Source of the DNA: Candidatus Omnitrophota bacterium | GTDB taxonomy: Bacteria; Omnitrophota; Gorgyraeia; Gygaellales; Profunditerraquicolaceae | NCBI GenBank assembly: GCA_025453395.1 | Contig: JALOQK010000002.1 | Location: 346,509-410,508, forward strand | Direction: 5' to 3' | DNA: 64,000 bases | Shown: positions 39,746-47,549 of the stretch, piece by piece | How positions within the stretch are numbered: position 1 is the first letter of the stretch | How the letters are laid out: each line of letters opens with the position of its first letter | Notes under the pieces: generated by a model | The model's input: the letters and a program-made list of their open reading frames with translations, nothing else | Database searches by the model: none | Told to the model about the DNA's origin: nothing | Translations under genes and position numbers: made by a program

Positions 39746-40141
39746 TTATTTTTCTCTTAATACAGAGGTAATATCTCCATAACTACCTGTGCCATAAATC
39801 CCATACCATCTTCCGAAACGTTCATATTTCGAAAGTAAACCATCAGTAAAAGTTACGCGAGATTTTTCCCCGGTTTCTGGCTCAGTAAAATATATAACGT
39901 TTCCCTCCTCTTTCGTAATATAATCGCGGAATAAATTCTTAAAATCATCGATGGTCATGCCTACATAAATTTTTGTTTCAATATTGTTTCGCCAAAATTG
40001 TTCTCGCTTATTCGCTTCTTTCACTGATTCATCTACCTGCCTTTTTGCCCTATCTGTTAATGTTTTATCGATCTTTTCCATTGAATAACAAGGGACCAGG
40101 TTAATAGTTAAAAAAATAATTACAAATAATAATTCCCTCAT
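39746..40141 (-). CDS. Exported hypothetical protein, candidate RHS immunity protein
   Basis: ATGA overlap with the RHS stop; N-terminal signal peptide; VGMT..D motif. Confidence 0.55.
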   Translation of the reverse strand: MRELLFVIIFLTINLVPCYSMEKIDKTLTDRAKRQVDESVKEANKREQFWRNNIETKIYVGMTIDDFKNLFRDYITKEEGNVIYFTEPETGEKSRVTFTDGLLSKYERFGRWYGIYGTGSYGDITSVLREK

Positions 40142-43100
40142 TTTTTATCTACCTCTGCATTGGCGATTCCAGACATTCCAAATCCACCATTAATACCGTA
40201 TATAGAAGTTGAAATAACATAAGAAGAGGTTCCTTGGGATAAAGTCGCACCAAATGCGCCTGCTGCGCTCATGCCCCCTGCCATCAAGCTATTGAATGTA
40301 GCCTGATGACAAGTTGCAGTCCAAGGCATAGCATAAATTGCTCCCTTTAACGGTGATATTAACGAAGTATTAACTGCTGAATCCCATAGCTTACCATTAA
40401 AATTTACTAAAGCTGCGGTGTGTCTTATATTCAATGCTGACATTACTTGTTCTACGCCTGGCGTGCCTTTAAAAGCTATATCAGAAGCAACGAGACCTTG
40501 TTGTGTGTAATCAAATTTTGCCGTTAAACTTGAGCCATCTTCAACAGTCGATTTAAGATAATTCGCAGAAGAACCTCCTCTTCCTAATTTAATATCTTTT
40601 CCAAGGTCAGCAAATTCACCGCCTTGATTTTCTGGCTTAGTATAATTGGGGCCGCTAGTATTAGCAGGCATCGTTATGGAAGACAATCCCATAAAAATAC
40701 CAGAAGCAAGAACGGTATGTGACACTAATGACGAAAAGAAGTTCGCAACTCCCGGCGGCATTCCCAAAATATCATCAAAGACTTCTTTCCCAAGCCATTT
40801 AGTAAATTTCCTACCCTCTCCGGTGCCTAATATCCCTGAAGCCCCGGCTGCCGAAGCTCCAACAGTGCCTGCTACGTTCATAAAGCCATATTGCGCGATT
40901 AATGGAGCAAAAGACGGCATGAAGAAGACAGTAACCACTGCAGCTATAAAACTAATTACTGGCTGAAATATTGCCTTCCAGAACTTACTAAACCAGCTAT
41001 GTCCGGTAGGATCCACATAATTCAGCGGATTATTCCTGCAATAGCTGTATCTGTTCAACGATTGGGGGTCGTAGGGAGCTTGGACGATGGTGTCGGTGGT
41101 GATGAAGCGGCCGATCTCTGGATCATAATACCGTGCGCCGTAGAAGTAGAGTCCGCTTGCGTCCAGTTCCTTGCCGGTGAACTTATGGGTTACCAGAGAT
41201 GAAGGACGAGAGACGATGGACGAAGCAACTTGTCCATAGGGCATGTATTCATAATGTTCAGCCAAATTCCCATTTGCATCAGTAATTACATTAGAGCTTC
41301 CTAAATGGTCAGAATGATAGAAGGATACGTCTTTCGTCCCTCCTCCCTCATTCTTCGTAACCGTGCATACACGATTAGCTCCAGCAAAGATATGCTTAAC
41401 TATTGCTTTTGGACTATCGGTTGTGGAGCGCACTTCATACAATGAGCCGATATAAGTTGTGAGGTCTGCTTTTCCGGTATTGTCATAAGTTGACTTACGA
41501 ACTCTTCCTCCATCGCCGTCATACATGTAATCTTCGGTCCAGGGGCCATTTACTACATGGGTGAGGCGATTTTCCAGATCGTAGATTAATCTTCTTCCTT
41601 TATGAGAGATCATGTTGCCATTGGCATCGTAATCATAGGAATAGCCGTTGGCAGAAGTAACTGCGTGCGGCCGTGAGCTTTCATAGCGCATTTCACCTAT
41701 GTCTGACTTATAGGTCATATTTCCGATTGCATCATAGCGGAAATAAAAATCAGTGTATCCGCCTTGTGGGCTTGGGGTATTGCGGGCTTGGATTAATCTG
41801 TCCAAATCATCATAATCATATTGCCTTATATTTGAGGTAAGGTTATCAGTTAAGGTAGTAATGTTACCGTTTGAATCAAAGTCGTAGTTTAGGTCTTGTA
41901 GATTTGTCTGTCCTCTGACTTCTGTCGTCTGGATTCTGGATAGCCGTAAATCTTGCCCGTAGGTATATTCGGTTTTGGTATTATTTCCGTAAGAAATATT
42001 TTTAATTTGTCCTTTGGCATTGTAGGTTATATCTTTGACATAAGTGTTGGTATTATTATAAACTTTTTCCAAAAGCCCTGAATTTGTATCATAGGCATAG
42101 TTAACCACCTCACCATCAGGATAGGTAAGCTTGGTTAAGCGGTCTAAGATGTCGTATTCGCGCTCTACTGTATAAGAGAAGCTGTCGGTGTCATTGATGG
42201 TCTTAGTGGATTTGGTTTCTCTTCCTAAGATGTCATAGAAAAATTCAGTTTTAGAGTATCCATCATTTACTTTGGAGAGTCTTCCTATGCAATTTGGTTT
42301 TGAGGTATCATCATATATATAGCTAACTTCTGACTTCTGTCCTCCGACATCTGACATCTGCTTGTTTACTAATCTATTAAGAACATCATATTCAAAAGTT
42401 ATTACTTGGTTTTTGGCATCAGTTTGTTTGACAAGGTTACCTAGTTCATCATATTCATAACTCCATGTTCCCATATCCGGGTCAATCATCTTTAGTTTTT
42501 TTCCGGAAGAGTCATAGAATATCTGGGTAATATTTCCGTAGTGGTCAGTAGTCTTGATAAGGTTATTCTGGATATCGTAGTCGTATTTGGTTTTAAATAT
42601 TCCATCGGAAGTAAATTCTGTAATTTCAATGGGATTACCGTTAATATCTTTGAGGGTTCCTTTTCGTTTGCCGCGCGGGTCAGTAGTTTCGGTGTAAACA
42701 GGTGTAATATAACTAACACTAGCTTCGGCGTCCTTTAGGGTACCCGGGAAGTCAGATATGGTTTTCTTAACTCTGCCGCGGATATCGTATTCATAGACAA
42801 TGTAAGAAATATTATCTTCGGATTCATCTATGTAATGGGCTAAGGATTCCTTTTCGTTTAGGCCTCTATTGTTAAAATATACTTCGCTAGTTACTTCTCT
42901 TGGGCCTGTTCCATCCTCACCTTGTGAAACAGTCTTGTATTTTCTGCCTAAACCGTCAATATATTCCTTGCTGTAGAATCCGCCGGGCTTGGTAGTTATC
43001 TTGGTATTGAAATCTGGATAACTGTAACTAGTAGTTATTTCATCTTTAGCGTTTTTAACGTATTCTACTCTTCCCAAGGAATCATAAGAAGTCCGGGTAA

Positions 43101-46100
43101 CAACGCCATTTGTGTCTTTGACAGTCTTTACCGCGCCAAAACGCGTGTCGTAGGTATATTCAATACTTTGATCCAAAGCATTGCTAACTTTGCTGGGGTA
43201 AGTGTAGAATTCGGTTTCATACTCGGTAATAACACTATTTCCTTTGGCGTTGGTTGTAGTAGTAAGATTACCGAACATATCATAGAAATATGTTGTGGAA
43301 GCTGTAGTTTGCGTGCTTGTGATAGGATTAGTGATGTATAATATTTCTTTAAATAGATTTCCCTTAATGTCATATTCAAAAGTTTTCCGGGAAACAGTAA
43401 TTAAATCTTTATCTTTGAGAATAGTTTCTGTAGGTCGGTTAAAACCCTGTCCGTTAGTGCCAACTGTGTAGGCTTGGGCGTAATTTGTAAGAATAGATTT
43501 TTCATCGCCAGTTTTATCTAAGTCGCCGTATTCTTGAGTCGTAATAACATTTCCAATATTGTCATAATCAAAGGTTTGCTTTGTAGAGAGGCTGGTAGTA
43601 TTTTCTTCCCAGACAGTAGTATTTTGTTCTTTAACATAGGGAAAGCCTAAGAGATTAGTGGATGAGCCGGATTTTTTTACTTCATAGGTATTGATGCTTT
43701 CGCTTATTTTGCAATTGTTTCCATCATAAGAGATGATTTTTTCTATCTGGCCCTTTAAAGCACCGTCCTGCTCTGGGGTTTTTCCTTGATAAAAGTAAGT
43801 TTCGCTATAATTCTTAGTTATGGGGTCTTTAACTGTAACTTTGGCAAAGCCGCGGAATTCGCGCTCTAAGGCGTCGTAATAACCTCCGGAAAAGATGAAG
43901 TTTTGAGTATAGGTTGCAGGTGACAGGCCAATAGTATTTATGGAAGATACGGAATTTGCCACATAGACCGGAAATGGCAGAACCGGATTGTCCCCGGTTG
44001 CGGCGTAGGTATACACGATTTTGGTCTTTCCGCCAATACCGTTATCAATGTCGGTTAAAAGATCTGCTGGCTTGTTGGTAGATAGTTTAGTGTTCCAGCG
44101 GTTAATACCTTGATCATCTCGGTCAAAGCAGGCGGCGTCAGTTACTCCATCGCCGTTAAAATCCCCAACGGTGGCGGATTCATCATTGGAAGAGCCGAAA
44201 GATTCCAGCCATTTATCAGCCTGAGGGATGAATTTGTTGCCAGTTGAGAGAGCGTAATACCAGTTACCGGATTTGTCCCAATAGCCAAGATCAGTTAGGC
44301 CGTCATTATTAAAATCAGCTGGAATGATATCTTGCTCTGAGGCAAAACCAGACGCCCAGTTAGTTTCATCTACAAAGGCGCTGGTATTAGAAAAGGCAAC
44401 CCGGACTTCCCCGCCTTGTTTCTTGAGTAATAAGATATCACTTAGGCCGTCGCCATTGAAGTCACCGGATGTGGCAGTGTAACCAGTGCCAAGAGTAGCC
44501 CAAGTAGCAAATTCTCCAAAGCCAGTTGCGCTTCCTAAGGCAACTTTTATTTCGCCTGTGTCTTTGTTATAGAGGGCAAAATCAGTGTATTTGTCAGCAT
44601 TAAAGTTTGAGGTTACCGGCTGCCAGGAGTAGCTAGCGAAAGGCACAGTTAATACTGTTGTGCCGGTTGTAAAGCTTGAGCCTGTGGAATAGGCGATTTT
44701 TAATTCACCGGTAGCATTATTGTAAACACCGATATCTGATTTGCCATCAGCATTAAAATCCCCGCCTATGGGCCACCAGTCGCGGGAATTACCAAAACCA
44801 GTTGTCCAATCCACCGCGTTTCTAAAAATTCCTTTATCGGACAGGCAGATTTCCCAAGTGCCGCTGTCGGAATTATGAAGGCCCAAATCAGTTAAGGCAT
44901 CGCCGTTAAAATCTCCCATGATCGGGTTAATCGCGTTTCTGTCGGCATTAGGATCAACAACATCTACACCTTGCTCTTTGGTTGTAGATAGGCCGTTTAT
45001 GTCAGTGACAATAACAGTTATTTTGTGGTCGCCGATATTGGTAAATGAGGTATTGGCAGTATGGGTATTGGTGATATTTCCGGATTCAAGTTCTGTAGTA
45101 TCTTTTTTGATTATATAGGTAAGCGTGTCATTGTCCGGGTCAGAGGCGGTAATATTTATGTCAAACTGCTCATTAGGGCTTACTGTGTATTTGGACAATT
45201 CTAATTTTACTTCTGGCGGGCCGTTTATGTTGTTGATGGTTACTTTGCAAGTGGTGCTTGTAGTGTCAATTCCGTCTGAAGCAGTGACGATGATATTGTA
45301 TGTGCCAGAACTTTTATAATCTGTTAACCAATAACCTTGAGTGTTAAAGGGCGAGGAAAAATAAAAGACTATTGGGTCGCTGTCAGCATCTGTGGCTTGC
45401 GGGTTAATTACCGCGGTTTGGCCTTCGTTTACGGTAATATCAGCTATTGGTGAAATTACCGGCGGATTATTGGAGTTTCCGATGTTGATGGTTATTTCAT
45501 CTGTGTCAGATAGGCCCGTGGGATCAGTTACGGTTACCTTTACTAAATAGTGGCCATTGGAATTAGCTCCTGTTTGCCAGGTGGCTTCAGAATACCAAAA
45601 CCCGTTTTCCTGCCAGCGGCGGGTTTCGGTGAAGAAGTTGTTGTAGGTAAAAACCAAATTCCCTGCGTCAGGGTCTTGGGCAGTAACAAAAAGCGTAATG
45701 GTGCCGCCTTCTTTGATTATTGAGGGAGTAACTGCCATATCAATGATGGCAGGTTTGTCTGGGCCAATTGGGTCTTCTACGCGAAGAGCAACCTTGTTGC
45801 TTTTGGTAGAATTGTATTCGCTGTCAGTGGCAGTGAAATAGACTTTCTCAAAACCGATGTAGCCTTCGGGCTGTTCAAAACTTACTATGTGGGTTGCAGG
45901 GTCTATGGAGATTTTTATATTAGAGTTTCCAGAGACGGTATAGGTTAAGCTGCTGCCGTCAGGACTGGAGAAATAATTGTCTAGATCAAATGCAGATTCT
46001 TTTTTGGTGTTTTTCTGCCAGGTTTGAAATGGGATTTTTTGGGTTAAGACAGGCGGATTGGATTGCAAGGTAGCCACAAAACCGCTTGTTAGAGTGAAGT

Positions 46101-46311
46101 TGGCGCTTGTTGATTTGCCTAAGATTGGCTCGCCGATAGTTGCCAAGGGAAGCTTGGTAGATATTGAAGATTGCGCTTGCCCTCCTTGAGCAATGCCAGA
46201 GGTAAGTTTGTAGCTTGCGCTTTGCGAGATAAATGCCAGCGCCTCTCTTCCCGGGCCAAAGGTGGCTAGGTGAAGAAAAATTAGAGTTAGCGAGAGGATT
46301 CTTTTAAGCAT
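40138..46311 (-). CDS. Secreted RHS/YD-repeat protein: signal peptide, Ig-like domains, FG-GAP repeats, TcdB-midN, YD shell, RHS core, variable C-terminus
   Basis: About six GDFNGDG-type repeats, LLTDIDNGIGG, REFRGF, many YD repeats, DHLGS, RYYDPEIGRF, NPLNYVDPTG. Confidence 0.92.
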   Translation of the reverse strand: MLKRILSLTLIFLHLATFGPGREALAFISQSASYKLTSGIAQGGQAQSSISTKLPLATIGEPILGKSTSANFTLTSGFVATLQSNPPVLTQKIPFQTWQKNTKKESAFDLDNYFSSPDGSSLTYTVSGNSNIKISIDPATHIVSFEQPEGYIGFEKVYFTATDSEYNSTKSNKVALRVEDPIGPDKPAIIDMAVTPSIIKEGGTITLFVTAQDPDAGNLVFTYNNFFTETRRWQENGFWYSEATWQTGANSNGHYLVKVTVTDPTGLSDTDEITINIGNSNNPPVISPIADITVNEGQTAVINPQATDADSDPIVFYFSSPFNTQGYWLTDYKSSGTYNIIVTASDGIDTTSTTCKVTINNINGPPEVKLELSKYTVSPNEQFDINITASDPDNDTLTYIIKKDTTELESGNITNTHTANTSFTNIGDHKITVIVTDINGLSTTKEQGVDVVDPNADRNAINPIMGDFNGDALTDLGLHNSDSGTWEICLSDKGIFRNAVDWTTGFGNSRDWWPIGGDFNADGKSDIGVYNNATGELKIAYSTGSSFTTGTTVLTVPFASYSWQPVTSNFNADKYTDFALYNKDTGEIKVALGSATGFGEFATWATLGTGYTATSGDFNGDGLSDILLLKKQGGEVRVAFSNTSAFVDETNWASGFASEQDIIPADFNNDGLTDLGYWDKSGNWYYALSTGNKFIPQADKWLESFGSSNDESATVGDFNGDGVTDAACFDRDDQGINRWNTKLSTNKPADLLTDIDNGIGGKTKIVYTYAATGDNPVLPFPVYVANSVSSINTIGLSPATYTQNFIFSGGYYDALEREFRGFAKVTVKDPITKNYSETYFYQGKTPEQDGALKGQIEKIISYDGNNCKISESINTYEVKKSGSSTNLLGFPYVKEQNTTVWEENTTSLSTKQTFDYDNIGNVITTQEYGDLDKTGDEKSILTNYAQAYTVGTNGQGFNRPTETILKDKDLITVSRKTFEYDIKGNLFKEILYITNPITSTQTTASTTYFYDMFGNLTTTTNAKGNSVITEYETEFYTYPSKVSNALDQSIEYTYDTRFGAVKTVKDTNGVVTRTSYDSLGRVEYVKNAKDEITTSYSYPDFNTKITTKPGGFYSKEYIDGLGRKYKTVSQGEDGTGPREVTSEVYFNNRGLNEKESLAHYIDESEDNISYIVYEYDIRGRVKKTISDFPGTLKDAEASVSYITPVYTETTDPRGKRKGTLKDINGNPIEITEFTSDGIFKTKYDYDIQNNLIKTTDHYGNITQIFYDSSGKKLKMIDPDMGTWSYEYDELGNLVKQTDAKNQVITFEYDVLNRLVNKQMSDVGGQKSEVSYIYDDTSKPNCIGRLSKVNDGYSKTEFFYDILGRETKSTKTINDTDSFSYTVEREYDILDRLTKLTYPDGEVVNYAYDTNSGLLEKVYNNTNTYVKDITYNAKGQIKNISYGNNTKTEYTYGQDLRLSRIQTTEVRGQTNLQDLNYDFDSNGNITTLTDNLTSNIRQYDYDDLDRLIQARNTPSPQGGYTDFYFRYDAIGNMTYKSDIGEMRYESSRPHAVTSANGYSYDYDANGNMISHKGRRLIYDLENRLTHVVNGPWTEDYMYDGDGGRVRKSTYDNTGKADLTTYIGSLYEVRSTTDSPKAIVKHIFAGANRVCTVTKNEGGGTKDVSFYHSDHLGSSNVITDANGNLAEHYEYMPYGQVASSIVSRPSSLVTHKFTGKELDASGLYFYGARYYDPEIGRFITTDTIVQAPYDPQSLNRYSYCRNNPLNYVDPTGHSWFSKFWKAIFQPVISFIAAVVTVFFMPSFAPLIAQYGFMNVAGTVGASAAGASGILGTGEGRKFTKWLGKEVFDDILGMPPGVANFFSSLVSHTVLASGIFMGLSSITMPANTSGPNYTKPENQGGEFADLGKDIKLGRGGSSANYLKSTVEDGSSLTAKFDYTQQGLVASDIAFKGTPGVEQVMSALNIRHTAALVNFNGKLWDSAVNTSLISPLKGAIYAMPWTATCHQATFNSLMAGGMSAAGAFGATLSQGTSSYVISTSIYGINGGFGMSGIANAEVDKK
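41188..41362. repeat. Inverted pair of 5 x 7-nt arrays inside the RHS core
   Basis: 41188-41222 and 41328-41362 are reverse complements at 26/35 positions (plus 3 G-U in mRNA); 105-nt spacer. Confidence 0.8.
41906..41940. repeat. In-frame 5 x 7-nt array in the RHS gene
   Basis: gtctgtc ctctgac ttctgtc gtctgga ttctgga; encodes SRIQTTEVRGQT. Confidence 0.8.
42328..42362. repeat. In-frame 5 x 7-nt array in the RHS gene
   Basis: ttctgac ttctgtc ctccgac atctgac atctgct; encodes QMSDVGGQKSE. Confidence 0.85.
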
Positions 46312-46319
46312 AATTATTG

Positions 46320-47126
46320 TTATTCAAGGGCTAACATTATTATTCTTGCGTAACAATTATTCCCAGTGATTTCATTACCGGCTGCGTTTAATACGTTAAC
46401 CATTATTCCATGTATCCCGGTTCTAATGGATATAGTAGTATTAGTTAGCCCGCACATTACAATTCCTCTTTGCAGATCAAAACCAAACAACTGCCTTTCT
46501 GTTGTGCACCATCCACTACCGTCAGAATTTTGGGCTATATATATCTGGATGATAACTTTGGTTGTCCCTAAGTTATGAGTTCTATCATATTTTGTTCCAG
46601 TAGTAACAGCAAACCAACCGCTATCGTAAGTTTTTAAACCTATTACCGATTGAGGAATTTTTCCATTGTTATCCAGAGGTAATATTTTATTTGCGACTGG
46701 CGCTGTACTTACGCCTACATTCCCCACTGTATTTGCGTCTTCTGCCTTTTCCGCTCTTATTGCATACCCAGCACTAGCAATTCTCTGTCTTGGATTCATT
46801 ACTTCATTTCCCACTTTAATTTCTAAGAAATATGGCTTGTCAAAAGCAAGTCCAAGGTTAGTCACTGATCCAAGAAGAATATTAAAGATTCCTTTCTGAA
46901 CTAATACTCCGGCTTGGGTTTCCTCCCAGAGTAGATTTCCGGCAGTTTCCGCGTCGTAAATACGAAAGGTAATCGCGTAGGAGCCGTTTAACGGCGCGCC
47001 GCTTGGGTCGGTGAGCCGGCCTTGGTAATTTAAGAGATGAGGAACAGCTGCGTAGGTTAAAGGACAGATGACAGAAGACAGAAGACAGAAGACAGAAAAA
47101 ACAAAGCATCGAGTTCTAATTTTCAT
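46320..47126 (-). CDS. Secreted fibre/adhesin-like protein
   Basis: Signal peptide; NYQGRLTD...LWEETQ...GIFNILLG...PRQRIASAGYAIRA N-domain; YDSGWF..HNLG beta-rich tip. Confidence 0.6.
   Translation of the reverse strand: MKIRTRCFVFSVFCLLSSVICPLTYAAVPHLLNYQGRLTDPSGAPLNGSYAITFRIYDAETAGNLLWEETQAGVLVQKGIFNILLGSVTNLGLAFDKPYFLEIKVGNEVMNPRQRIASAGYAIRAEKAEDANTVGNVGVSTAPVANKILPLDNNGKIPQSVIGLKTYDSGWFAVTTGTKYDRTHNLGTTKVIIQIYIAQNSDGSGWCTTERQLFGFDLQRGIVMCGLTNTTISIRTGIHGIMVNVLNAAGNEITGNNCYARIIMLALE
47063..47097. repeat. 5 x 7-nt array, downstream arm of the inverted repeat around the four-helix-bundle gene
   Basis: gacagat (gacagaa)x4; lies inside the signal-peptide codons of the fibre gene. Confidence 0.92.
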
Positions 47127-47508
47127 TTAAGACCTCCTTAGTTTTCCAATTAGTCATTAATTTATACAACATAGCGTTGAGCTGGTCATACTGAATATTC
47201 AAATTATCGTGATCTTCTTTTGAAATATACTGGCAATCTAAAGAAAAATCTAACCAGCCTCGCGTTTCTTCGCTTGATCCAAGTGCGTCATTGAGGTGCC
47301 TAATAAACAATTGTTCGTACCTTCTTTTGGCAAATCCTTCTCTAATATTTATAGCCACCGATCGAGAAGATCTTCGTATCTGATCAGTCAATGAATAAGT
47401 TTCTTCCTTACGAAATTTCTTGGTTAATTCAAATATTTCCATGGCCAATTTGTAAGACATTTGGTAAACCTTTAAATCCAGTGCCTTTTTAATCCCTTGA
47501 TTATCCAT
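47116..47508 (-). CDS. Four-helix-bundle protein (23S rRNA IVP / Avd-like family)
   Basis: DLKVYQ, F.KEETYSLTDQIRRSSRSVAINIREG, FIRHLNDALGSSEETRGWL. Confidence 0.92.
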   Translation of the reverse strand: MDNQGIKKALDLKVYQMSYKLAMEIFELTKKFRKEETYSLTDQIRRSSRSVAINIREGFAKRRYEQLFIRHLNDALGSSEETRGWLDFSLDCQYISKEDHDNLNIQYDQLNAMLYKLMTNWKTKEVLNEN

Positions 47509-47521
47509 GTCTTCTTTTTAT

Positions 47522-47549
47522 TTCTGTCTTCCGTCTTCTGACTTCTGTC
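47522..47549. repeat. 4 x 7-nt array, upstream arm of the inverted repeat around the four-helix-bundle gene
   Basis: ttctgtc ttccgtc ttctgac ttctgtc; reverse complement matches 47070-47097 at 26/28. Confidence 0.92.

Noticed and set aside
46320-47549. Diversity-generating retroelement (Avd-like gene next to a fibre gene)
   Set aside because: No reverse transcriptase in the window, and I found no template/variable repeat pair differing at adenines.
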